From a virus: a stretch of 64,000 nt of DNA. The DNA is taken from the IMG/VR virus record IMGVR_UViG_3300043788_000101, positions 1 to 64,000 of that record. The stretch is one strand, 5' to 3'. A model generated the notes under the pieces. The model worked only from the letters and a program-made list of their open reading frames with translations. It did no database searches and was not told the origin of the DNA. Shown here piece after piece: positions 56,091 to 64,000 of the stretch; position 1 is the first letter of the stretch, and each line of letters starts with the position of its first letter. The translations under genes were made by a program, and so were the position numbers.

Positions 56091-56270
56091 CTAGCGCGCC
56101 TCTCGCGTTCTCGCGTTCCTCACAAGCTGCTCCACGGCCCCGCTCCGCGTCTGACCGCGCTGGCTCGCGATGGCGTCGAGTCGGGCAAGCGCCTCGGGAC
56201 TCAGCGTCAGCGTCACCATGGGGCGCGTGCGCTTGGCGTTGGGGGTCGTGGGGGTGCCGGAGCGGGTCAC
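56091..56270 (-). CDS. Ribbon-helix-helix (CopG-like) DNA-binding protein, 59 aa, not in ORF track
   Basis: MVTLTLSPEALARLDAIASQRGQTRSGAVEQLV; GTGA overlap. Confidence 0.8.
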   Translation of the reverse strand: MTRSGTPTTPNAKRTRPMVTLTLSPEALARLDAIASQRGQTRSGAVEQLVRNARTREAR

Positions 56271-56479
56271 GACTTCGATCGTTCGATTTCGATGATGCGA
56301 GCTATCTCGTTCAAAGCATCCCGGCGTGACCCGCGAACGGACGCCATCAACGTTCGGGAAGCATGTTCCCAGCCGACCGTAAAGCCTCGCCCGTCACTGT
56401 CGCGGCGAACGCGAACGTAGGCGCACTTCCCGTTGACGACAAGCTTGCGCGCGTCCCAGCCTGTCCATGTTTCTGACAT
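56267..56479 (-). CDS. Small hypothetical protein, probably leaderless
   Basis: ATG 7 nt after the TACTAT box. Confidence 0.65.
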   Translation of the reverse strand: MSETWTGWDARKLVVNGKCAYVRVRRDSDGRGFTVGWEHASRTLMASVRGSRRDALNEIARIIEIERSKS

Positions 56480-56486
56480 GAGATAG

Positions 56487-56515
56487 ATAGTACATGCGCC
56501 GTACGTACAGCGCAA
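56487..56515 (-). promoter_or_regulatory. Sigma70-like promoter TTGCGC-N17-TACTAT with GTAC repeats
   Basis: 17-nt spacer, extended TG, GTACGTAC palindrome at 56501-56508. Confidence 0.7.
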
Positions 56516-56596
56516 GGGATAATCGTACGCGCTATGTCGATTTCTGCGGACGCGGCTAAGTGCGCGAAAAGGCTGGGCGCGCGCATGGCACTTACT

Positions 56597-56884
56597 CTAC
56601 CGAAGTGCGTTTCTGCACTCGTCCAATGTGCGCTGAACGAGATAGTTGAACTCGGTTGGTCCGTCGATCAGGCCCCGTGCCATCAACAGTGTGGCTGCCG
56701 CGCTGTTCAGTGCGTCTCGAAGACGTTGCGTCTCCGCATCCTTCGTCTGCTCGATAATGACCTTGCGGACACGGTCATACAGCGTCTCGAAACCGAAGAC
56801 GATCATTGTCCCGTCGCCACCATCGCTCTGCCGAGCTGGGTCGATGGTGCGTCTCACGAGTCGGTCAAGCTCTTCGTCCGTCAT
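56597..56884 (-). CDS. Hypothetical protein
   Basis: AGGAGG RBS. Confidence 0.7.
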   Translation of the reverse strand: MTDEELDRLVRRTIDPARQSDGGDGTMIVFGFETLYDRVRKVIIEQTKDAETQRLRDALNSAAATLLMARGLIDGPTEFNYLVQRTLDECRNALR

Positions 56885-56930
56885 CGGGTGATCCTCCTGG
56901 TGCGCGCGCATCTGAGTTAGCTCACCCTCC

Positions 56931-58574
56931 CTAGTTGCTCTGGATGGCGACGGCCATGTTGGTGAAGTTCGACGTGCTGCCCGAGTTGTTGCCGAAGCTC
57001 GGCGTCGCGCTCCCGGTGAACGTGCCGGTTTCGAGCGTGGCCGAGTCGCAGTCGCAGGATCCCTCTAGGCCGTCCCAGTTCCACGTGCTGCCGAGCGCCG
57101 TGTAACCGGCGCCGGCCGACGAGGGATTGAATCCGTACGTGACCGCCACGACCAGCGACGGTACGTCGAACGTGAGGGTAGGCAGCACGTCCGGCTGCGT
57201 CCCGTTGCCCCCGCAGCAGTCCTCGAAGACGACGTTGGCCGACGAGCCGACCACGGGTAGCGGGCCGGTGCCCGCGATCTCGAGCACCGCGATCGTCTGC
57301 CACTGGTTCACCCCGTCGAAGGTCGATGTCACCGTGAGCCCGCCGGGCGCCGCCGGGACGCCCGTGGCGGCGAAGCCGAGCATCGCGCCGAAGTCGGGCG
57401 CGTCGGTAACCGAGTCGAACTGCGCGTACGAGTTCCCCGCGCCGTCGGTAATCGTGATGGGCGGCGGGGTCATATCGCCGTTGTTGTCCTCGGCCGAGAA
57501 GACGACGATCGTGCTGCCGGCGAGCACCGGGCCGAGGGTCGCGTAGATCGCCTCGTTGTTGCTGTTGCCCTCCGGCGGGCAGTCCCCGTCGCACTGGAAG
57601 GCCGCCCACTGCCGGACGTACGCCGCGACGCCACCGGCATCGGGAGCGGCGTCTGGGGCAGCGTCCGCCGTGGCGTCGACACCGCTCTCGGTCTCGCCCG
57701 CTTCGTCGCTAGAGGCCTCCGCCTCTGCCAGAGCATCTAGCGTGCTGGAGTCGCTGGCGTCACTCGAAGGGGCCGCGTCATTGGCATCGCTGAGCGCTCC
57801 ATCGGTCGCGTCCGAGCCCGCCCCGGCGTCCGAGGCGTCCGATACGTTCGCGTCGGATGCGTCGGCAACGGCCGCGTCATTCGCGTCGCCGCTCCCGTCC
57901 GAGGCGTCGCTGCCCGCATCGTGCGCCGCATCGGTGCTGGCGTCGCTCGACGCGTCGGCCGCGCTGTCCGCCCCCGCGTCCGAGCTGCCGGCCGCCGCGT
58001 AGACACGCATCTGCCCGGTCGTCGTGTAGTAGTTCAAGCCGCCAGGCGCGCCGTACACGCGGATCGCAGTGCCCGTCACGGCCGGGAAGGTGAACGTGTA
58101 GGTCTCGAAGTTGACGCCGTTGTCGCCGCCGAACGCCGGGCTCGTCGTCACACCCGAGACGGTCGTCCACACCCCGCCCTGCTCGACCTGCACGGCAACG
58201 CTCGTGAACCATCCGCCGTTCCAGTACTGGATGCCCTGCTGGTAGACGACGCCGCCGAACGTCTGCGCGGTCGCGTAGGTGTAGCTGATCCAGTTCGCCG
58301 TCTCGGTCTTGCCGGTGTACGCGTTGAACTGCTGGGCGGAGTCGGTGGACCCCTGCGGCTCGAAGATGCCGTCGTAGATGACCGATAGCGGCCCGGCCGT
58401 CCCGAGCGCGGCGTGCGTCGGGGTATCGCCGAACGCGGCCGTCCCGCTTGCGGTGATGTCGGTGCCGAGCACCGCCTGGCTCTGGCTCTCGACGCGCTCT
58501 GGTGGGGCGGACGCACTGCAGCCGAGCAAAGCAGAAACGCAAACGGCGAGAACGCTCGTCTTATGGATCATCAT
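56931..58574 (-). CDS. Large lipoprotein: discoidin/CBM-like domain, DAG/DAS linker, beta-sandwich domain
   Basis: Lipobox LLGC, ESQSQAV; WISYTY...GGVVYQQG...GGWF...AIRVYG; acidic SDA repeats. Confidence 0.85.
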   Translation of the reverse strand: MMIHKTSVLAVCVSALLGCSASAPPERVESQSQAVLGTDITASGTAAFGDTPTHAALGTAGPLSVIYDGIFEPQGSTDSAQQFNAYTGKTETANWISYTYATAQTFGGVVYQQGIQYWNGGWFTSVAVQVEQGGVWTTVSGVTTSPAFGGDNGVNFETYTFTFPAVTGTAIRVYGAPGGLNYYTTTGQMRVYAAAGSSDAGADSAADASSDASTDAAHDAGSDASDGSGDANDAAVADASDANVSDASDAGAGSDATDGALSDANDAAPSSDASDSSTLDALAEAEASSDEAGETESGVDATADAAPDAAPDAGGVAAYVRQWAAFQCDGDCPPEGNSNNEAIYATLGPVLAGSTIVVFSAEDNNGDMTPPPITITDGAGNSYAQFDSVTDAPDFGAMLGFAATGVPAAPGGLTVTSTFDGVNQWQTIAVLEIAGTGPLPVVGSSANVVFEDCCGGNGTQPDVLPTLTFDVPSLVVAVTYGFNPSSAGAGYTALGSTWNWDGLEGSCDCDSATLETGTFTGSATPSFGNNSGSTSNFTNMAVAIQSN

Positions 58575-58598
58575 CAGAAACCTCCCTGCAAGGTGAAC

Positions 58599-59081
58599 TT
58601 AGAACGTCGGCACGTCTTCGTCAGCGTCACTGTACTCGCCGAAGCTCGGCGCCTCGAACGCAGGAGCCTCGAAGCTGGGAGCCTGCGGCGGCGGCCCGTC
58701 TGGCCACTCGGTCTCGCCAGCAAGCGCGCGCGCCTCTGGGGGCGGCGGCACGACGCCGGAGCGGATGCGGCGGGACCACCCCCTAGCTCTCGCAGCTGAG
58801 CGACGGTTGCCGGCGACATACTTGAGCTTGTCGGGCTTTGGGTTGTTAGCCGCGTAGGTCATGGCCTCAGCCAGGGCCTCTAGGAACTCGGGCGAGCACT
58901 GGCTCATTCGTTTGCCGGTGTAGTCGGGCCCACGGAAACTCTTCGGCGAAAAACGAATCTGCTCGTCACCGTACTGCGAGTCAAGATCACTGTCGCTAGC
59001 AAACAGTCCGCTCGCGGACTCAAGGTAGGCGACCCGATCTCGCAGGTCCTTGAAAGCCTTTCGCAGCGCGTCCTCGTTCAC
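58599..59081 (-). CDS. Hypothetical protein with acidic C-tail ending VPTF
   Basis: APSFE/APAFE repeats; DEDVPTF resembles SSB-type tails. Confidence 0.7.
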   Translation of the reverse strand: MNEDALRKAFKDLRDRVAYLESASGLFASDSDLDSQYGDEQIRFSPKSFRGPDYTGKRMSQCSPEFLEALAEAMTYAANNPKPDKLKYVAGNRRSAARARGWSRRIRSGVVPPPPEARALAGETEWPDGPPPQAPSFEAPAFEAPSFGEYSDADEDVPTF

Positions 59082-59584
59082 TCGGTCCTCTGCGCAAAAC
59101 GAGAGGGCGTGGTGAGAGCACGTTCAATAGACCATCCTACAGCTAGCCGTTCGCAGAGCGAGCACGGCTGGATGCCAATGCGTCGAGCCCAATCACTTAT
59201 AGTGAGACACTCTCCCCGGAATGAGATTCGACGATTGGTCGTACGATTGTTCGCCTGTTCTTTCTGCGTCGCCCATCGACAATTGCGCGACGTATAGTTG
59301 CCGTTAGTGTTGTTGCGCTCAAGCGTGTGTTTTGGAGATGGCTTGCGACCCATGTCGGTTAGGAAGTTCTGAAAGCCGGTCCGCCCAGACCATCGAGCGC
59401 AGACCTGGATGCCGCGAGCGCCGTATCGCTTGAAGCGCGATGAGCTTTCGATCTCGCAACGCGCGTGCATGTTTTGCCAAGCAGTGTACTCAGGCGTGGC
59501 CTTGCGACCAAGTGACTGACTAGGAGATTCGCCGTGCGTCGTAAGCGCGGCTCGTGCGGCTGCTATCTGATTCGGGTTGCCCAT
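59078..59584 (-). CDS. HNH endonuclease
   Basis: THG...TPEYTAWQNMHARC...YGARGIQVC...LERNNTNGNY...NCRWAT..EQANN. Confidence 0.9.
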   Translation of the reverse strand: MGNPNQIAAARAALTTHGESPSQSLGRKATPEYTAWQNMHARCEIESSSRFKRYGARGIQVCARWSGRTGFQNFLTDMGRKPSPKHTLERNNTNGNYTSRNCRWATQKEQANNRTTNRRISFRGECLTISDWARRIGIQPCSLCERLAVGWSIERALTTPSRFAQRTE

Positions 59585-60714
59585 CACGCGACCTCCTTCG
59601 GCTTGAGCGCCCGGGGCCGACGTGGAGCCTTCGCAGCCCCGATCGGCTTGGCCGCAATGATACGCGAGACCGGGGACTCCCGGTAGCATTCCGCGATCTC
59701 TTCCTCAGTGGCCCCGCGCTTGCGGGCGAGCGCGAGCAGAGACTCCGCGTGCAGTCGTTCGCTGGAACTGAGCGACTCGCGTAGCTCCCGCCCGTCCGGC
59801 AGCGGCAGACGCTCTTGACGGGCCCGCTCCTTGATGAGGTCGAGGACGCGTTCGAGAAGCGGCTTCATGCGGTCGTGGCCGAGCACCCAGGCCTCGCCGA
59901 GCTGCTCGGGCGTGGCGGTCGCCAGCGTACCATCGACGGCCACGAGGTCGGGCAGCATCGAGCGGACGAGGGCCTGTTTCGCCGGGCAAGCGCCCGACGT
60001 GAGGGCCGGGCAGTACCGGCACCATTCGCCCTCGTTGACGTCTGGCGTGCCTTTGGCCAGGTAGACGCGCTTTGCCTCCTTCGACGCCGCGAGCGCCGCC
60101 TCAAGCTCATCGAGGAAGCCGTCGAAGTCGAAAGCCGTGTGCACCGCCGAGTCGTTCCAGACCTTGCCGCTCGTCTTGACGCTCGAGATGCGAAACTCGA
60201 CCTCGGGCGCGTCGTGGGCCAAGTGCACCGCGCTCGCGAGCATGAGGCCCTGGCCGTTGTAGGCGGCGGGCTCGACGTCTAAGAATCCTGTCTTTATATC
60301 CGTAATCCTCGGCCTGCCGTCGACGTCGTTCCCGAGAATGTCGATGCTGCCAGGCACGTCCCACTCGCCGAGCGGGCCATCCTTCTCGTATTCGCGGCCG
60401 ATGTCGACCCCGATGAAGCGCGCGGTGCGCTCGCGCACGTTGACGATGTATGAAACTTCGCACGAGATGTCGCTGAGGTCGCCGCCGATCTTGTGCCAGT
60501 CGATCGCGGCGCATGTCTCGCGCGTGGCCGGATCCTTCACGGCTTCGAGTGCGCGTGCGACTGGCGTGCCGGTGAGCACAGCCTTGCCGTATCGGTGGAT
60601 GACGGTGCCGCGGACCGCGTGCGGGCTGTCGCTGTCGGCGTGGCTGAAGGCTAGCCAACTCGGGCACATGAGGGTGCGCGTCGTCGCGCTGGCGGAGCCG
60701 TTCGGGTATCTCAC
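59584..60714 (-). CDS. PD-(D/E)XK exonuclease, Cas4/DUF2800-like
   Basis: CP, RGTVIH, CEV, GSIDI, ITDIKTG, GEWCRYCPA...C. Confidence 0.85.
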   Translation of the reverse strand: MRYPNGSASATTRTLMCPSWLAFSHADSDSPHAVRGTVIHRYGKAVLTGTPVARALEAVKDPATRETCAAIDWHKIGGDLSDISCEVSYIVNVRERTARFIGVDIGREYEKDGPLGEWDVPGSIDILGNDVDGRPRITDIKTGFLDVEPAAYNGQGLMLASAVHLAHDAPEVEFRISSVKTSGKVWNDSAVHTAFDFDGFLDELEAALAASKEAKRVYLAKGTPDVNEGEWCRYCPALTSGACPAKQALVRSMLPDLVAVDGTLATATPEQLGEAWVLGHDRMKPLLERVLDLIKERARQERLPLPDGRELRESLSSSERLHAESLLALARKRGATEEEIAECYRESPVSRIIAAKPIGAAKAPRRPRALKPKEVA

Positions 60715-60902
60715 GGGCCCTCCTTCAAAGCGGTCGCAATCATATTGCAGATGTCGCGGTCGTGAATAGCAGGAAGCGCCTCGACGAGGAGGCGCTCTAG
60801 CACGATGCAGCGGAGCACGAGGCGCCGCGTGCGTGGGTCATCCGCGAACCCGTCGTCGACCATCGAGTCGTCTTCGAGCGGGGCGGAGATGACGGCGGTC
60901 AT
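60711..60902 (-). CDS. Hypothetical protein
   Basis: Coupled at both ends. Confidence 0.6.
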   Translation of the reverse strand: MTAVISAPLEDDSMVDDGFADDPRTRRLVLRCIVLERLLVEALPAIHDRDICNMIATALKEGP

Positions 60903-61330
60903 GACCAGCGCCCAAGTGGCTTATCAAGCGGTATGCCGCGTTTCAGTCGAGACCACACCGTACCCTTGTCGAGGCCAAAGCGATCTGCCCACGCTTGCAT
61001 ACAAAGAGTCTCGCCACGGAACGTAATCATGCGGTTGTTCCGACGATTTCGGTTCTGCTCTGACGACGTCGCCCAGCGCACGTTTCCCGGCTCGTAGTTC
61101 CCGTTTGGGTTTGGATGACGATCCAGAGAATGCCATGGGCTGGGTCGAGGGCCAACGGACGCGTAGAAAGCCTCGAATGAACCCATCCAGCTGGAGCAGA
61201 CACGAATCCCACGGCCACCATACAGATGCCAGTACTCGTGCGTAGAACGAGTACACCTGGCCTTCATACTATGCCAGGCCGAGTACTCGGGTGTCCCGTA
61301 CATGCCGTGAGTAGTCTGCGAGTGGGTCAT
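60899..61330 (-). CDS. HNH endonuclease, paralog of 59078
   Basis: THGM..TPEYSAWHSMKARC...YGGRGIRVC...SLDR...NGNYEPGNVRWAT. Confidence 0.92.
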   Translation of the reverse strand: MTHSQTTHGMYGTPEYSAWHSMKARCTRSTHEYWHLYGGRGIRVCSSWMGSFEAFYASVGPRPSPWHSLDRHPNPNGNYEPGNVRWATSSEQNRNRRNNRMITFRGETLCMQAWADRFGLDKGTVWSRLKRGIPLDKPLGRWS

Positions 61331-62295
61331 CGCGCAAGCGTCCCCTGCTGCGCGCCACCGAATGGGATCGGAGGTTCCTCAGGGCCGTCATACGAGTCAC
61401 CGCGCTGATTCGGCGGGAGGTACGGCTTCGTGTTCGCGGGCGGCGCCGTGGTCGAGGCGGACCCCTTCGGCTCGTCTTTCTTCTTCGCGCCGAGGGTCAG
61501 ATTGTAGAACGTCCGAAGCTCTGCCCCCATGGCCTCCGGCGCGTCCGCCGAGAACTTCCCGATGAGCGCGTGGACGGCCTTCTTGTCCTCGGTCTTGCCC
61601 GACGCCGCTGCGTCGGTGACGGCCTGCTTGAGCACGTCGGCCTCGGCCTGCCAGTCGCGCGCCGCGACCTGCGGAGGCGGAGCGCCTGCCGTGACGACTT
61701 CGCCCTGCATCTCGTCCTCAAGCTCGTCGATGGTAGGCAAACCCATGGTCGCGTCGGGAAACCAGATGTCGGCCGCTTCCGATCGGGCGCGAGCCTGCAT
61801 CATGCGCCGAGGGAACTTCTCATAGTTGGAGTCGGGCTTCACGACCCCCATACGCTTCGCGTCTTCGATCGTGAACTTGACGAGCTGTTCGGGCGAGCCC
61901 TTCCGTTTGACCTTCCACGTCGCGTGCGTCGTGTCGCTCGAGACGTGCTCGAAGATTTCGCACTGCGGGTGACGCAGGACGAGCGCCTGCTTGAGCGCCG
62001 CCGAGAGGCCGGTGCGCCCGTAGAGGTCGTAGACGTGCTGCATCGCGATGACGGCAGGAATGCCGAGGTTGCGCCCGGTCATGAGGCGCATGAGAGCCTG
62101 CTGCTCAGTGAGCTTCGCTGCGCCCTTCGGCGCCCACATGCCCGAGTCGGAGATGATCTTCGCGAGGCTCATCGCGTGCTGAAAGTCGTTCGGTTCGAGC
62201 GCGAGCGCGAACGAGTTGTCAGGCGTGGTCTTCGCGAGCGCGACGCTCGGACGGCTCGGGTCGTCGTGGCTGTTCGGCGGAGTCGTGGTCATCAT
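61327..62295 (-). CDS. RecT-like single-strand annealing protein
   Basis: GRNLGIP..AMQ, FTIEDAKRMG, NYEKFPRRMMQARA, FPDATMG; paired with exonuclease. Confidence 0.78.
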   Translation of the reverse strand: MMTTTPPNSHDDPSRPSVALAKTTPDNSFALALEPNDFQHAMSLAKIISDSGMWAPKGAAKLTEQQALMRLMTGRNLGIPAVIAMQHVYDLYGRTGLSAALKQALVLRHPQCEIFEHVSSDTTHATWKVKRKGSPEQLVKFTIEDAKRMGVVKPDSNYEKFPRRMMQARARSEAADIWFPDATMGLPTIDELEDEMQGEVVTAGAPPPQVAARDWQAEADVLKQAVTDAAASGKTEDKKAVHALIGKFSADAPEAMGAELRTFYNLTLGAKKKDEPKGSASTTAPPANTKPYLPPNQRGDSYDGPEEPPIPFGGAQQGTLAR

Positions 62296-62321
62296 GATCT
62301 AGCCCTCCTACAGGCCGAGAG

Positions 62322-62350
62322 AATGTAACGCCTCATTCGAGCGAATGCAA
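62322..62350 (-). promoter_or_regulatory. Leftward promoter TTGCAT-N17-TACATT with overlapping inverted repeat
   Basis: CATTCG-AG-CGAATG at 62334-62347 overlaps the -35. Confidence 0.7.
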
Positions 62351-62352
62351 GA

Positions 62353-62559
62353 TTATTGCGATGCGGTCGGGTCCGCGAGTCGACGCCGTTTGGCGTAGCG
62401 CTGGACCGCGGTGCGGGCGAGCGTCTTGAGCGGTTGTCCCATCCCCCATCGATAGATGCTGGACTGAGAAACGCCGAGCGCCTCGGCGAGCTTGCCGACG
62501 CCGCCGGCAGACTCTGCGAGCTGGAGCCACGCGCCCTCGAGCGACGTCTTGCGGCTCAT
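62353..62559 (-). CDS. Cro-like HTH regulator
   Basis: GGVGKLAEALGVSQSSIYRW. Confidence 0.88.
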   Translation of the reverse strand: MSRKTSLEGAWLQLAESAGGVGKLAEALGVSQSSIYRWGMGQPLKTLARTAVQRYAKRRRLADPTASQ

Positions 62560-63383
62560 GCGGACACCAACGCAAGGCGCGGTTTTGTATAGCGGTCGAG
62601 GTAAGCGCCGACGTCTGGGCGCCCTTGTCTCTCAAACAGACCCACGAGTCGATTACACGCGCTATGAACAAGCGCCCGCGGGACCCCAGTGGCGTGGTCA
62701 TGGTCGCGGTGCACGGAGTCACCGCGGTTTCCGTGCGGCCGCATGGGCTTGCCGCAGCAGGCGCAAAGCCCACACTGAGATTCCCACGCAGCCTCGAATG
62801 CCTCACGAGTCCAGCCGGTACGTTTCTCGATCTGGGCGTAACGGTATCCGTTCGCCTCGCGACGGGTCTTGTCGTGGCTTCGAAGATGAGTCTCGCATAG
62901 AAGTGGACTACCGAGCTTGCGATTCTGCAAAAACGCATTGCAAACCTTGCAATACGGTGGGCGCGGCCTTTTCGTGTATGGCCGCTTCGGCTTCCGCATC
63001 TTTGCCTTCGCCTCTTCGGAATGAGGACGACCAATCCACGGGTGGTGCTGCGAGCGATACTCAGCACGCGAGGCAAGAAAGAGATGGTCGATGCGAACGC
63101 ATGCCCTATTGCGGCAGCGCCATAGAAGGACGAGCCCGTGCGGAATTGGCCCAACAGATACGCGCCAAGCTACACGATGATTGTGTGTCTCGCGCTTTTC
63201 GCCAGGAATGCTAATCGAAATCGTGCCGTACCATTCCAGGCATTCCCCTACCGACACACAGTCGACCGAGAGGCGGTGCCGCGCGACAGCAATCCGTTCG
63301 TCTGGCGTCATCGCTTGCGGTGCGCGCCCAAGAAGGTGAGAGCAGTCGCCGGGACAAGTTTCGGGCACTTGCGCGTGTCGCAT
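62556..63383 (-). CDS. Fusion of degenerate HNH, NUMOD3 and Endonuclease VII domains
   Basis: CLEW...HRVAW...GPIP...CRNRACVRIDHL; GRPHSEEAKAKM; QCGLCACC...HRDHDHATG..RALVHSACN. Confidence 0.8.
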   Translation of the reverse strand: MRHAQVPETCPGDCSHLLGRAPQAMTPDERIAVARHRLSVDCVSVGECLEWYGTISISIPGEKRETHNHRVAWRVSVGPIPHGLVLLWRCRNRACVRIDHLFLASRAEYRSQHHPWIGRPHSEEAKAKMRKPKRPYTKRPRPPYCKVCNAFLQNRKLGSPLLCETHLRSHDKTRREANGYRYAQIEKRTGWTREAFEAAWESQCGLCACCGKPMRPHGNRGDSVHRDHDHATGVPRALVHSACNRLVGLFERQGRPDVGAYLDRYTKPRLALVSA

Positions 63384-63391
63384 GGCGAATC

Positions 63392-63420
63392 AAGCTAACG
63401 CACGATTCAAATATTGACAA
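63392..63420. promoter_or_regulatory. Divergent promoter region
   Basis: Minus strand TTGTCA-N17-TAGCTT 8 nt before ATG 63383; plus strand TTGACA at 63414-63419; TCAA-ATA-TTGA inverted repeat. Confidence 0.6.
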
Positions 63421-63470
63421 CGCGAAAGCGTCGTGGCAGCGTGGCCGGCATCCTCGGAGGCGACCATCCC

Positions 63471-63923
63471 ATGAGCAAGACTCCCGACCAGAACGACCGC
63501 GGCGTGCGCGAGTTCGCAGCCCAAGAGCCGAAGGCCTTCGGCGTCATCTTCTCACAGCTTGAGGACGGGCAGCTGCAGCTCGACGCGACCGCGCGCCTGG
63601 CCGAGCTTTGCGCCGAGCTGTCGCGCCAGGCGGACGCGACGGGCGGCAAGGTCAAGGGCTCCTTCACGCTCAAGATCAAGATCGCCGCGGAGCGCGGAGG
63701 CGTCGTCGACATCGACTCGGACATTACCATCGTCAAGCCCAAGGCGCCGCGTCACCGCAGCGTCATGTGGCTGAATGCAAAGGGTGCTCTCTCGAACGAG
63801 AACCCGAAGCAGCTCTCGCTCGGGGTGCGCGACGTCTCGAAGCCTGCCGAGGAGAAGCCGCGCGAGGCGCCTGCGGTCAAGACCGCGGTGGCGCACGACG
63901 CGGCGACCGGCGAGCTTCGGTAG
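63471..63923 (+). CDS. Hypothetical phage protein, first gene of a rightward unit
   Basis: GGAGG RBS; KGSFTLKIKI...GALSNENPKQLSL. Confidence 0.8.
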   Translation: MSKTPDQNDRGVREFAAQEPKAFGVIFSQLEDGQLQLDATARLAELCAELSRQADATGGKVKGSFTLKIKIAAERGGVVDIDSDITIVKPKAPRHRSVMWLNAKGALSNENPKQLSLGVRDVSKPAEEKPREAPAVKTAVAHDAATGELR

Positions 63924-64000
63924 GAATCTTCAAAAAAAAGAGAAGCAGCCGGACGCGTCCGCGAGCCTGTGGTGGGTCATCGCGGGCGTAGTCCGGCACC

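Larger units (their letters stand above)
53139..56910 (-). repeat. Dispersed TGCGCGC junction motif between successive small genes
   Basis: GCGCGCA on + strand at 53139, 53440, 53769, 54011, 54316, 54525, 54955, 55442, 55760, 56014, 56579, 56904; variant GTGCGCA at 55146; outlier at 51328. Confidence 0.9.
1..64000. mobile_element. Tailed phage/prophage genome segment with contractile tail and Mu-like head genes
   Basis: Terminase, portal, protease, capsid, sheath, tube, tape measure and baseplate in canonical order; dense ATGA/GTGA-coupled small ORFs; no housekeeping genes; no integrase or transposase in window. Confidence 0.95.

Noticed and set aside
53139-56910. CRISPR array or classical integron
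   Set aside because: Shared core is only 7 nt, the intervening segments are whole genes, and there are no attC R/L boxes, IntI or cas genes in the window
59584-60714. Cas4 as evidence of a CRISPR system
   Set aside because: Sits near a RecT-like gene as a standard phage recombination exonuclease; no array or other cas genes
1-64000. tRNA or rRNA genes
   Set aside because: No cloverleaf with T-loop and acceptor stem recognised by eye in the intergenic gaps; tRNAscan-SE would be decisive

Overview
The whole window is one GC-rich tailed phage or prophage genome segment, with no host genes and no ends visible. Layout: rightward accessory and middle genes (1-7.8 kb: pentapeptide-repeat protein, HNH-AP2, RusA, SLOG); packaging and head genes (terminase, DUF935-type portal, S49 protease, acidic scaffold, Mu gpT-like capsid); a contractile tail (sheath, tube, frameshifted chaperone, tape measure, baseplate); a lysis-like cluster ending at a UUCG terminator (51.05 kb); then a convergent leftward arm (small genes, split DHH phosphoesterase, exonuclease plus RecT-like annealer, Cro-like HTH). 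Lipoproteins with Asp-Ala-Gly-rich linkers suggest a Myxococcota host (inference). Most unexplained signals: (1) a TGCGCGC core at almost every gene junction of the 53.1-56.9 kb array, with mix-and-match flanks as in a shuffled cassette array; (2) a 165-nt intergenic tract with 5-nt GGC-NN periodicity ending in a UUCG hairpin (6721-6898), a candidate non-contiguous guide RNA; (3) nine free-standing HNH/EndoVII genes, several with their own leaderless promoters and one with a duplicated target-gene N-terminus. All family calls are by eye from motifs and synteny; no database searches were run.
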